A stretch of 64,000 nucleotides of DNA, taken from NCBI GenBank assembly GCA_010015805.1, contig ML978121.1, positions 124,001 through 188,000 on the forward strand. The letters run 5' to 3'. The position numbers and the translations under genes are program-made. Numbering within the stretch: position 1 is the first letter of the stretch; each line of letters opens with the position of its first letter. The DNA comes from Rhizodiscina lignyota (Eukaryota). The notes under the pieces were generated by a model. The model was given only the letters and a program-made list of their open reading frames with translations. It did no database searches and was not told where the DNA came from. Shown here one piece after another: positions 11,197 through 23,012 of this stretch.

Positions 11197-12732
11197 ATGC
11201 TGTCTTCAAGGCGTTCTCTCATTTTGCTTTTAAGCATCATTAGCTTTGCAGTTGCTAGCAGCAGTATCGATTTGAGTGGGCTACTCCCTCAGCTCTCTCC
11301 ACATGCTTCCGTCACCGATGGATCCAACCTGGCTGCACAGCGATGGACTGAATTCGACTCTCCGACTCCTGGCGCGACTGTAAATGTTGCGACTGAGCAG
11401 GATGTTCTCGTGACGGTAATGGCCGCAACTTTGAATGACGAGTTATACACTGACTTCTCACGTGTTAAGGTCCAATACTGCATTAGAGAGAACATCGAAT
11501 TCCTCTCACAGAATGGGGGACATGGGTGGTCAACTACGATCCATTTGAAACAGAACGGGATTATCATCAATCTAGGAGCTCTCAACGATGTTACTTTCAA
11601 CAAGGCCAAAACCGAAGTCACCGTTCTCGGTGGCGCTCTGGTGTCTGACGTTGTTGCTGCTCAGTTTGCAAATCAAGCCATTGTTGCCACCGGGACTTGC
11701 AATTGCGTTGGCGCTCTCGGATCCGCACTTGGCGGCGGACTCGGAAATCTTCAAGGAAAACTCGGACTCATCTCGGACAGCATAATTTCCCTCAACGTTG
11801 TCACTGCCTCAGGAAAATCCATAACTGTTACCGAAAAGGACTTTGATCTCTGGTGGGCTCTTCGTGGGTCTGCGGCAAACTTCGCCATAGTTACGTCGGT
11901 AATTATGCGATCTCATCCAGTCGAGGCAGCTGGGTTAACTGCTTGGACGGGTCCTCTGATCTTTGCGGAGAACAAGCTGGAAGAACTGGTTCAAGCAGTA
12001 GATGAGCTCTTTTTGAAGCCAGAAATGAGCGTATCTCTAGTATTTGTCTCATCCGGGCCCCCAAACAATACAGCCCAGGTCATCGCCAGCGTCTTCTTCT
12101 ACGGCACAGAAGAAGAGGGAAGGCAAGCATTTGCGCCCCTGTACAAAATCGGTCCCCTTGTAGATGGTACAACTATTCAGCCGGTTACACGTTGGAATGA
12201 CGCCAACAACTCAACTTGCGTTAAAGGAGAACGGAAGCAAACATTTGGCGCAGGTCTCGCGCGCATGGTGCCTGCCACATGGCGTGAAATATACAAGGAG
12301 TTCCAGTCATTTATTCAACTTTCTGGGTCGGCCAACAGCTCTGTCGTGGTCAATGCAGATTCACTAGTCGAGCTCCGCCAGATTCCAGAAGGAAGCTCTT
12401 CTTTTCCATTCCGTAATACAATCAATTTCCATGCCTTCACGGTGGCTTGGTATGCGGATCCAGCCCTCGACCATCGAGCTACAGCGTATGGCTCCAACGT
12501 GCGTGATCTATGGCGTTCAACATCGGGACTAAAAGAGAATAGCACGTCAGTTACCGTATGAAGAGCCATCAAGACCCGAACATGCTAACGTAGAGTCAGA
12601 TACATAAACAACGCTTACGGAGATGAAGCCCTGGAGGTGGTCTACGGGCACAATCTTGAGAGACTGAAAGCTCTGAAGCGGCAGTTCGACCCTTATGGGC
12701 GATTCACTCAGTGGTTCTCTTTAGCTGATTAA
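11197..12732 (+). CDS. Secreted FAD-linked oxidoreductase (berberine-bridge / VAO family)
   Basis: Signal peptide; QNGGHG FAD-His motif and GTCNCVG. In-frame 54-nt intron 11416-11469 and a second intron about 12546-12599 lead to the BBE tail YINNAYGDE...YGHNLERLKALKRQFDP; stop TAA at 12730-12732. Confidence 0.9.
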
Positions 12733-12930
12733 CTGAGCGGCTGTAGTAACAACGAGTTTTGTTCTTCAGCATGAACGAGAGCGTCTCTGAAAGCTCGATT
12801 AAGTATAGACCGGACAGTATGTATCCCAAACACAGCTTCAGTGTGTACAATCTGGATTAACTTACGAGGATATGTATCCTCACGATTCAATATATTGCAG
12901 CCACGACTCAACCTTTTTGGCACCCACTTG
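12733..12930 (+). mobile_element. MITE family A, copy lacking an intact left terminus
   Basis: Colinear similarity to 9600-9785; right end GACTCAACCTTTTTGGCACCCACTTG. The left boundary is approximate. Confidence 0.7.
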
Positions 12931-13120
12931 CTTGATTCTAGCCAGGACATGAATCGGGGCAGCAATACATAGATTTGTATATTATGTCACATGTCCATCG
13001 AACGTACACAGATAATAAAACACTGTTCTGCGAATCCTCCAAATTCTCAGGAGCAACTGATTGATGCGACCGTTCAGTTGCTCATCTGCCTGACTGGCCC
13101 TTCCGCGGACGAGCTGAGAT

Positions 13121-13831
13121 TCACTGGTCCTGCTCTCCAGTCTCACCATGCAAGCCACTCGGAGAAACGTCCTCGATCTTATGAGAGTATTTCTCAGGAT
13201 GTGCCTCTCTGTCCGCTTCATGCGCATCATTGCTGTCCGCCTCGCCCAGAAAAGCTGCGTTCTTCGCGTCCTGCGGGTCGATGTCATGCCTGTGCTTTTC
13301 CGGGTTCTCGTTGAAGTCCTGTTCAAAGGCATCATCGCTGTCTGCTTCTCCTAGGAATGCTGCATTTTTGGCGTCAAGGGGAACTTGTTTTCGACCCTCT
13401 ATGTCTTTTTCAACTTCGAAGGCGTCGTTGCTGTCTCCTTCGCCCAAGAATGCAGCATTCTTGCTGTCCATGGCCTCATGGCGGTCGGCAAGAGCATCGC
13501 GGAAAGCCTCATGCCCATCGTTGGAGTCGGCCTCGCCCAGGAAAGCAGCGTACTTTGCATCTTCTTCGGGGGCCTGGTTTTGACCGGATGGAGATGCAGA
13601 CTGGGCAATCGAGTTGACCACGGGATTGCTGGAATCAGCTGGAGGAGATTGGGTAGTGCCAGGCTGAAATAGAGCAGGTCCTGGGTGGAAGAATCTCTGG
13701 TTGAGGACACTCTGCTTGTTCAGAGAATATGCCGTGATGATCGCGGCTGGGCCGGCCTTTGTTGGTAGAGCCGAGAGCGCTGGCCTGGCAGCAGAAGAGA
13801 GTGCCAGTGAGAATGCTCGAAAGGACGCCAT
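13121..13831 (-). CDS. Protein with a mitochondrial-type presequence and four acidic repeats (D[AS]K[NY]AAFLGE[AG]DS[ND]D)
   Basis: 236-aa intronless ORF. N-terminus is Ser/Ala/Arg-rich and lacks acidic residues (…QRFFH…); four near-identical repeats follow. Confidence 0.8.
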   Translation of the reverse strand: MASFRAFSLALSSAARPALSALPTKAGPAAIITAYSLNKQSVLNQRFFHPGPALFQPGTTQSPPADSSNPVVNSIAQSASPSGQNQAPEEDAKYAAFLGEADSNDGHEAFRDALADRHEAMDSKNAAFLGEGDSNDAFEVEKDIEGRKQVPLDAKNAAFLGEADSDDAFEQDFNENPEKHRHDIDPQDAKNAAFLGEADSNDAHEADREAHPEKYSHKIEDVSPSGLHGETGEQDQ

Positions 13832-15360
13832 TATGTCAATTGAAATTTCATAGCCTGGTGTCTCGAAGTTGAAGAAACGTCCAATTTACCTTTCTCGACA
13901 CCATCTCGATCATACTGAGGGGGTTGCTACCCCACATGACGCTTTGCATTCCCATTTTGGCGATACGGAGGTACATCCGCTGAGTAACAGTCGATCATTG
14001 TATTTGCATGTGATGCGCTTCGAACGCGTGTATAAAATTGGGAAAGGGATCAACTTGGACATTTCCAGCATCCAATGGACAGAATGTGGGAGTCCGACAG
14101 TGTCACCGTCGGCTCTGCGTGCCAATAAGTTGGCAATTGTAGATGAATTCTGTCGCTCTAATTAATGGTAAGTACGGTGTCATCGTATTTCGTCTAAGAT
14201 TAATAAATGTCTCTGTAGTATAGAGTGATTTCGATGGACGAGGCTCGTGGCAATCCAGTGCCTTCGTGAGCGGACTGTCTCCCTGACGAATCACGTCTGG
14301 ATGCCGCAGAAACCTGAAAACTCTTTCGACGGCGCCTTGTAGCGCTAAAGATGATTCCATCTATGCCAAAGGTCAAGGTCGATTTTCAATAGACAAAATG
14401 GAAGAAAGTCTTCTCGAAGAAGGCTGGGACATGGTGATAACGCGGCGATGAGATCCGAAGAACGATCGGAGCAGAAAAGAAGTTCTACCATTCGTATCCA
14501 TTGCCGCTAAACCCAATTCGGGCCACGTCAGTCCACAAGATAGGAGTATCGCCAGGATACAACAGACGTTGCCGCTCTCCCGTGCTCCATCAACCTTCAT
14601 TCTCACAATCGCATCACTTACAATGAGCCTGAGCGCCATGGAGTTCTGGAAACGCTGCAGCAGAACGCGTCAGTCCATGCAACGCGTTGGTCGTTGAAAC
14701 ATCGCTTCGCCCAGTCTACTCCGTAGGAAGTATGTACTCCGTACACTCGTGCGGCATCGGAAATATCAATCCAACGTCGTCGATCGTGATTGGCCGAAGA
14801 TTTGCGGCGTTTGGAATGTGGCGCACGTTGAAATGATACCCGTTTGGGAATAGCACGAGAGTCTGCGTCTTCACAGCTGGACCAGCAGCTATGGATACAC
14901 AAACCACATGCGCTATACCGAGAGCAGTTGCATTCCTCCACGCCGCGCGCTAAACATGTGTGTTTAAAATGCACAATACGAAGGCTGTCGCAAGCAAGAT
15001 TCCCATCCTTCCCTTTAGCGGCTCTACTTGCGAGAAGCAACCTCTGACGATGAGTGATTTCCACACGTATGGTGCGAAAGATAAATACACACCTATCGCC
15101 ACGTCCATTTAATGAGGCAGCTACTGCCTGAGGTAGGATCGGCGTTGTGCTTAAATGCTCTCAACTCCGTCCGTTGGAACCCAAATATTTGACGTGTAGG
15201 AGGCTACAAACAGATTGCTCCAATTCTCATCTTTTCTTCAGCTTCCACAGCTGAAAATCGTCTTGAATACCTTCAACATTCCTTCTTGTCGTTAAATTAT
15301 AATAGTCGCCTTTCAATTGCTCTCGTGAGCCTTGCGCCGTTCTCCCTTCCAGAGAAAATC

Positions 15361-17371
15361 ATGTATCTCGCCTACAAATACGCCAAGAAGAAATCAAGGG
15401 AGCGAAAGGAAGCGAAAGCAGCAGAGGCTGCCAAATCACCTTCGACAGATGCGCAACCACATGGCCAACAGGATGCGGTAGTGAGCGACGAAATCGAGGC
15501 TGCAGCACCCTCAAAAGTCCACGCAGCTGGAACAAACGACGAAAAGACAAAGCAGCCATCCCCTGGAGACCATGAGATGAGTGAAGAAGACCGCATCCAG
15601 AAGAAGAAAAGAAGAAACTATCGGCTTAAAATCATATTTGGCCTCGCCGCACCCTTTGCCCTTCAAGCCCTCGACACTACCATAGTAGCATCAGCTCTGC
15701 CATTCATTGCGAAAGACTTTGGTACGAAGACCTGTACTTCTATATTCTCAAACATGATTGCTAATCCTATCCACAGGCGAAGTCAAGCAACTCAATTGGA
15801 TCATCTCCGCCTTCAATCTCACCTCGGCCGCCTTTCTCCCATTCTGGGCCCAAATCGCCGACATATTCGGACGCCTCACTACCATTCTCGCATCCATCGT
15901 GGTGGTACTGATCGGCTCGGCTATCTGTACCGGGGCGCCTACTTCAGACTTTGGAGTTCTGCTACTCGGTCGTGGCATTCAGGGAGTTGGCACCGCAGGC
16001 GTTAGCATATGCGTCCGTATCATCCTCGCCGACAAAGTCAGTCTCAAGGAATATGCCCTCCAATGGACTCTTTTCAGCTTGGTCTCTGCTGTCGCCTTTA
16101 CTATTGGCCCTGTCATTGGTGGATATTTAACTGAGGCGACTTGGCGCTGGGTCTTTGCGATAAATCTACCAGTCGCCGCTTTTGCCATTGTGGTAGTACT
16201 ACTTGTCCTGCGCAAAGACTTGTTGGGCCCGCAACCACTACCTCAGATCGAAGGCCGCGATGTATCCACTCGGCACGGACGCTTCCTCCTGCGAATCATG
16301 ACCATTGATTACGGTGGTCAGCTCCTGTTTCTTTGGGGACTTGGACTATTGATCCTCGCGTTGACCTGGGCGGGCGGCTCGTTCGCATGGGACTCGGCAC
16401 ACGTGCTCAGTCCGCTGGTCGTTGGAGCCATACTATCCGTTATCTGGCTATTGTATGAGTTCATGATGGCCCCTCCGCGCTTCATGTCCCGCGTCTTCCC
16501 TATTCAACGCGCCATGATACCATGGGAACTGCTCTCACAACGCGATATTGGCCTGCTATTCCTCATTAACTTTGGCTCCGGAATGGCCATGTTTGCATTA
16601 CTATATTTCATGGATCTCTACTTTGCTCTTGTAGAGGGCAAAAGCGCCAGCCAAGGAGGAATTGCATTGCTCTATTTCCTACCGGGTCTCGGAGGTATGT
16701 TTATCCAAACGCTCGCAAAAGACGAGATATGGTGCTGACTGCGTCTCTTTTCAACAGTGGGTAGCTACATGGCCATGTTCTTCACCAACGTCTGGCCACG
16801 GCAAACGCAGCCGGCACTTCTCTTTGGTAGTTTGACGTCAGCAATTGGTATAACGGTTCTGATATGGGCTATCAACGTTGGCAAGGACAGTGTTATATAC
16901 GGTATGATGGCGCTGACGGGTCACGGTATCGGTATGCGTATGGTCCCCGGATCACTACATGGTCTCGGCTACTTCCCGGCCCTGACGGCTGCCATCTCAT
17001 TTCTCAGCTCATTCGCCTTGCCCTTTGGCGGCACCGTGTCCCTCACACTCATGAGTACCGTTTTCAACAACGAATCTGGCGCGCAGCACACCGACCCCAG
17101 GCGCGGCATTCGATTTGCCTTCATTGCGCTGACTCCGTTCATGTGGGTGTGCGTCGTGCTCTCGGCATTACTCGGCAACGTATGGATCCAGAAGCATGGC
17201 GCGCACGAGGTCGTCAACGGGGTATATCTCTGGAGTCTGCTCACTAGGAAGAAGCTGGTCAGGGAGCGAAGAATGAGAGGGGAAGTTGGTGGTGGCAATG
17301 ATGGTGCCATAGGGGAGCGTGCGGCGGGAGTGGCGGACGAGGAGAATCAAGCAAAGGCAGATGCTGCATAA
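15361..17371 (+). CDS. MFS drug/H+ antiporter (DHA2-type, 14 TM)
   Basis: Exons about 15361-15721, 15776-16694, 16758-17371; motifs ALDTTIVASALP, ADIFGR, GRGIQGVG, IGPVIGGYL..WRWVFAINLP. Confidence 0.92.
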
Positions 17372-17372
17372 A

Positions 17373-17584
17373 TACGAAGGAGCTAGTTTCCAGCGAGCGA
17401 ACAAGGCCCGCAACGGCGTCCCTTTTGCGTGACACCGAGAAGCAAGTCTTCTAAGGCAGGCTAGGCAGGCTACCAATCTCGAATGTAAACTTATCAATAT
17501 ATAGAAGCTTCTTGGAAGTGGGGAAGGCAAATCTAATAGAGTGTCTCTATAGACTGCTCGCTCACGGGAACTAGCTCCTTCGTA
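17373..17584. mobile_element. MITE family B, Tc1/mariner-like, with TA target-site duplication
   Basis: TACGAAGGAGCTAGTT at 17373 and its perfect reverse complement AACTAGCTCCTTCGTA ending at 17584, extending imperfectly to about 28 bp. TA at both ends; about 210 bp, non-coding. Confidence 0.8.
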
Positions 17585-17745
17585 AACAGAATGTGAGAAT
17601 CCAACAATGTGCAGCCTCGGCTTTGCGTGCCATATGATGATTTTGGTTGCTCTAATTAATGATAAGTACAGTGTCGTCGTGTTTCATCTTGGTCTAAATA
17701 AATGTTCCATCAGCCATGTGCAAGTGTCTCAACCACACAGCAGCA

Positions 17746-19519
17746 TCAGCTTCTTGCAAACAAATCTCTCCAAAACTCTTTCAGCCCATACTGCTTAGTC
17801 GGATTCTCGTCCCAAACCCTCGCCTTCTGCCCTGCTCCAAGATCCAAGAGCACACCGTTTCTGGACTGCCCAACGCTCCATTCCACCTTGGCCTTAGGCG
17901 CCAGCGCTCTTTCACGGATCTCGTTGGCCACTTGAGGGGCGACATCACGATACAGTGCAGCCAGTTCACGGTCTAGCGAGTAATAAGGCTTCTTGGCCAG
18001 ATCTGGTGCCATAAGATTGTATGAGCGTGTAAGAGCGTTGAGGTGGTTGATTGTGTGCTCGAGATATGACTGCTCGGCTGATAGCCATTGTGGGTCGCGG
18101 AAAGGGTGAGAAGGGGGCTGAATAGTCTCTTCCGGCACAGGCGGAGGAGGCGGCGGTTGGGTAACGCTCATCTGTATTTCAGGTTTTGGTGGCGAGTTCG
18201 TGGAGCTGGCATCTTCAGAGCCTTCCAGAACTTTCTCCGTGACGGTAATGTCCTCTTCGCGGGCCTCGGGCACTGTACCGGACGGTACTGGAGTCGCCTT
18301 GAGCTCCCCAGCGAGCGAAATCTGCGATACATGGCCCTCTGGATCCACAACATTGATCGTCTCTTCTTTCTTTGTTGGCGGATTGACAATCATCTCTGCC
18401 GCTGCGTATTCCTGTGCCTTGCGGATTTGCGTATCAAGGCTCCCGCCACGGCTAGCAATCGAGCGAGCAGCATGTCTCTTCCAGTCATTACGCAGCCTCG
18501 CCCGGAATTTGGTCGCGGTGCTGATGAGCTCTTGCTGTTTCTCGATCCACGGGGGTACAATATCTTGCTTCTGGATGATCTTGTTCAGAAGATATTCGGT
18601 GGTGTCAATGCTACCAAAGTTGTGAGTCTCGATGACACATAAGAACTCCACGACGAACTTACAATGGACTACTAGCATTATAGTCTCTCTCAATCTTCAT
18701 GCCTCTGGGCAAATTCTTGAACTGGCCCCGTGCAATCGCATCCTCGATCCTCTCGTTCGCAAGACTCGCCAGCCCCTGCAGTGTCACTGGCAGGCTCCGC
18801 GCACCTGGATCAAACCTCGCCTTCATCTCCTTGCGCATCTGTTCCCGCTCCTTCTCACTCACCGAGCCATCCTTCATGAAGCTGTAATGGCTCGATTTGT
18901 CCCTCGCATTGACCAAGCGTTGTCCTTGCGCCTTCCCTTTCCTCGGCCGGCCGGTATCCACTTTCGTCGGTGTCCTGACCGAGCCAGGCTTTGGGGTCGT
19001 ACCGCGTAGCGGCTTGTAAGCATCATGTAGCATGCGAAGGGCGGTATCTTCGGGCGCTTCTGTGCCGGTCCACGGCCGCGCGCCTGCAATGTCTCGCGTG
19101 CCTCGGCCAGCGCTGTCAGGTAGGTTTGCTTGTGATATCGCTCCCGCGTACTGATTGCGGAAATTCGCATTGAGTATCCGCTCCTCGAGTTCCTTGCGGA
19201 GGTTTTCGTCGAAGCCCGCCTCTTCAACTGCCTTTCGAGCGCTGCGTCCTCCCGTCTCCAAGGCTTCCTCGGTCATCTGCTCCAGTCGTTGTGACAGTGC
19301 CCCTTTCTCTTTCTCTTCCCTAGAGCTATGTCCCTCCCCGTTATCGTCCTTCGATGCGCTATCATTTTCGCCGCCAGAGCCGCTGTTGGTCTTCTCGAGT
19401 GTCGGTGGCGACCGTGAGAACAGGCGCGCTATGGGCGCATTTGGAGGTGTCAGTGGCGGGCCTCTGGCTGGGAGGCAGCGAGCGCAAATGTAGGGCACAC
19501 GTCGCGTCGCAATGCGCAT
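17746..19519 (-). CDS. DUF1992 / DnaJC28-conserved-domain protein, probably mitochondrial
   Basis: LANERIEDAIARGQFKNLPRG, then after an intron (about 18611-18663) IDTTEYLLNKIIQKQDIVPPWIEKQ; Arg-rich presequence-like N-terminus. Confidence 0.85.
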
Positions 19520-19890
19520 GAAGGATGGAGTTTGTTGTAGATGGGACGAATAGCTCCCCAGAGGTTATGACGATTTGACGGTGGAAGGGCAGACGGGGGT
19601 ATCGGTATTAGCAAGGATACCGATCCTCCAGTCCCTCGGGAGGACTTCACGAGACGTCGAAGTTACTCTCTCTTATCTCTTCGCCCTCGATTATTTTCAA
19701 GCCATGGCCGAGATTGCAAAAGCAAGTCCTACGAAAAGGACAGCCATTGATTTGATACCAACTCCGTGAGCTACATGAGCAATTTTGGTCATTCTCTCCT
19801 GAAGATCATCATGTAAAAGCAAAACCCAGCAATTTGAGTGTATCGCACTGAACCTTATCCCTCATCGTATGCTTCTAACCTTCATCGTTC

Positions 19891-20614
19891 TCAGTTCTTG
19901 CTCTCAGCTGCGACGCAGAATTTCTTGTGATGCTTCCAGTCTCCCTTCTGACAGTCCTTTCCACAGTAGGCCGCCCTCTTGCACTTGATGCAGACAAGTA
20001 GCTTCTCCTTGACCTCGGTGCACTTCCAGCATCTTGGCTCGTAGCTCAACTCGGTAGTACTCGCGCCGGTTCTCGGTGCACGAGGTCCTGGTGCTCTCAT
20101 TGGCTCGAATATGCCTCCGACGTTGATCAAGATGGAGCCACTACTATCAGAGTGTGAGCTAAGAAAGTTGTGGTGATCGGAGTACATACGCTTCACTCTC
20201 ACGCATTGCGTCCGAGTTCGGATCGTTCACAACATCGCCCACGCCGGGACATTGAAGGTCCCATGGCGTACCGTCGTTCCGATATGAGTCCAGGCCACTC
20301 TTGAACTGCTTCTTGCTCTGCGGGAACAACTCAGTGTCGTTGTACATTCCACGCAAGACGTTCATATACTTGGCATTGATTTTTGCGCCCAGCATCATTG
20401 CCAAAGCTCCGAGAAGGACAATGGAATACTTCTGAAGCGGCTTGTCGGCCAAGTAGCGATCAAACGTTTTGGCAAGGACACCTTTATCCAGAGTGCGGCG
20501 CACTTTGGCTGGATTCTCTGGGTGAAGGAGATCCACTCCGGCCACCTCACTGAGCTGGTCGGCGTGATCGAGGTCCGGGTCAGACTGAAAGAGACCGTAA
20601 CCCCAGGCACCCAT
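19891..20614 (-). CDS. MYND zinc-finger protein with DUF4259-like N-terminus
   Basis: Starts MGAWGYGLFQSD; one intron about 20131-20189; C-terminal CWKC...CIKCKRAAYCGKDCQKGDWKHHKKFC. Confidence 0.85.
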
Positions 20615-21659
20615 GGTGAAATGCTTGGTGAATCTTGGGGTGATTGAGATATTGAGGGAGATCTGAGATGAAAATAAGAGGAAGTGTTCGAAAACCCTTA
20701 CGACTGTTGGAAGACCGAGGTGAGGACTGGAGAGAGACGGGAACCTTGATCAAGGCAGCAGCAGCCGGTGTGACGTGATGTTTTCGAGTGGAGGAAGGCA
20801 CGCGCTGAAGTTGCGCCTTCCCGATGCGCGAAACCACCAAAACGCAAAGCTCCGCAGTGATGGGCCGGAAACATGAGATGGAAAGCATAAGGAGGTAAAT
20901 AGAGATTTCTCATGCGTGCATCATGTTTATAAACGCATTTCATACTGCGAAGAAACCATATTAGTGCTTGCAAGTGTTGTATCTGGGGCCCGTGCGTATG
21001 GTGTTGCCGCGGCGCTTGGAGTTTGTATTCAATTCGCGTATTTTCTAGTACTCACTCACGGGAAATGGTCATTTAGTGCAGTGGCTATGCGAGAGCACTA
21101 TGAAGACCGCTGCACTCAGGGAGTTACTAACCTTGATACAGGTCCATTCAACGAACAGCTCGGAGAGAAGCTACATAAGGAGCTTGCTTCTGTGCTCACA
21201 AGCCCTCTTCGTAACTAGTATGCGTTAAAGGAACTAGCAATGCCGTGAGTTCGCGTCTTTTTTGCACTCCTGTTCAAATCCCAGACCTTTTTTTCCATAT
21301 ATCTTCGTGGACGAGCAGTTTCGCTCTTGTCGATGCTCTGCAAATCTCAAGCAACGCATGGATGTCTCGATGACACTGACACTGCTTTCGAGCCTTTTTT
21401 TGCATTTATAGACTTAACTAAAGCGCAAAAACATCACACTCCGACCCTCTGCTCGCGTTTAGATACAAACAGGAACATCGGCTACGTACAAAACCATACT
21501 TTCGTTTTTACAACCTGGGCCGTCCTTTACGATTTCTTCATTTCTGCCGCATAGTCACGAGTGCACGACTTGTGATGGGATTGTGTCGCTTGAATCTCGG
21601 TAGCTCAGTATCTATGGGTGCATACTCTGGTTAACGGATCTCTTTCAGGCCGATGCATC

Positions 21660-22364
21660 TCAGCAACTTCCAAATCCAACCATGTTCAACGTGTTGATCT
21701 CCTCTGTCGGATCGCCTTTCATAAACACGTCGCCGCAATGGACAGTGTGATTATAGATCCTCAGATACCCCTCCAAGTTTCGTCCAGACTCGATAAACCG
21801 ATGCATCTTCCGCCAGGTATACGCACAATGCGTAGCGTGCTCCCTCTGGGTTGTCCAAAACGGATCGCGATACTCCAGGTTTTGCAGCTCGGACTCTGGA
21901 ATCTCCGCTGTACCCTCCTTGTCCGCCCAATACGTCCATGGCCCTTCAGCGCGGAAAGCGTTCAGCAGCTCCAAGTCCTGACATTCGCGCGGGAGCCATC
22001 CCGGAGCCAGAACATCGAAGACGCAGCCTCGTTCCTTGGCTTCTGCTACCGTACTTCCGCAGAAGTAAGTGTCGACGGCGTGGGACTCGTATATGGCTTT
22101 GTCCAGGTGCGGAGGAGCTGGTCGTTGTCCCACTCGCTGTGCAAGCTGCAAGTGTGTAATCCAACCCGCTGAGTAGCTGCAAATGGCAATCATGATGGCG
22201 ACGCAGCTGGCACCTACAGCTACGAGCCACTTTCTTCTAGTACCTTTCTTGAACTCTGAATAGATCCGGTGTGATGAAGGATCCGCAAGGGTGTCTTCGT
22301 ATAATGGAGGTGTTGAATCCTCTGTCTGTGGAACAGCATTGTATCCTTTCTTTGTCGATGACAT
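21660..22364 (-). CDS. Divergent double-HXXHC type II membrane protein (UstYa/DUF3328-like oxidase)
   Basis: 234 aa from ATG 22364, intronless; one N-terminal TM segment (WLVAVGASCVAIMIAICSY). Contains CGSTVAEAKERGCVFD..W.P..C and two HXXHC motifs, HATHC and HTVHC. Confidence 0.8.
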   Translation of the reverse strand: MSSTKKGYNAVPQTEDSTPPLYEDTLADPSSHRIYSEFKKGTRRKWLVAVGASCVAIMIAICSYSAGWITHLQLAQRVGQRPAPPHLDKAIYESHAVDTYFCGSTVAEAKERGCVFDVLAPGWLPRECQDLELLNAFRAEGPWTYWADKEGTAEIPESELQNLEYRDPFWTTQREHATHCAYTWRKMHRFIESGRNLEGYLRIYNHTVHCGDVFMKGDPTEEINTLNMVGFGSC

Positions 22365-22900
22365 CTTGAGTCTGAACGAATATTGTCTTTGGGCTTCAGT
22401 GCCGCAAGTATAGGATTTAGAAGAGGTGGTTTGGAGTGGTACCCAGGAGTTAGAATGCAGATACTGATACCCAAAGAAGGTGCCCAGCTCTCGCAAGAGA
22501 TACGGTGATCGTACGACAAACACCGTCTGATTAGGAACCTCAAACTCCTTTTAGAAAGACGGTTGATAATGAGACGTGATATTGAAACATTGCTCCCTCC
22601 GTGCCTATGACTGCATGCCCTTCGTTGATCACCTCGCATAACATACCTTCTGCGGTGATCTTGCGGCCGGCGGCCGGGTTAGAACTTGCCAGGGCACTTT
22701 CCCGCTCTGCAGTCAGCTTATTTCATTCATTGTCTTTGTTGTTTAACCGTGAGACATGATATCTTTGCGAAGATCATGGTATACTCCGCAACACAGGATT
22801 GAGAAACACGCTAATGCCAGCATGGGTTCTGCTGTAGTAGTGAGTTTAGCGGTGAAGGCCAAACTTATGGAATAATGCTCCAGAGCTGAGAGCCGCTGAA

Positions 22901-22908
22901 TATATAAA
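22901..22908 (+). promoter_or_regulatory. TATA box of the small peptide gene
   Basis: TATATAAA about 110 bp upstream of ATG 23013, in the 650-bp divergent intergenic region. Confidence 0.55.
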
Positions 22909-23012
22909 GCAATGTACCATGCCAAGCGAGATATCACGGACAAGTCGCAAGAGCCAGATTCCTCCAGCTTGTTACAGACACAGCATCCTCCTTTGCTCAA
23001 AAACCTTTGAAA

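Noticed and set aside
13121..13831. Repeat protein as the RiPP precursor for the DUF3328 cluster
   Set aside because: Mitochondrial-type rather than ER signal, no dibasic sites bounding the repeats, and 8 kb from the oxidases.
14100..15064. Short minus-strand ORFs that might be a decayed gene
   Set aside because: No recognisable motif or consistent splice model.
11197..17371. MFS transporter and FAD oxidase as members of the RiPP cluster
   Set aside because: Separated from the cluster by unrelated DUF1992 and MYND genes and more than 4 kb; nothing in the sequence links them.
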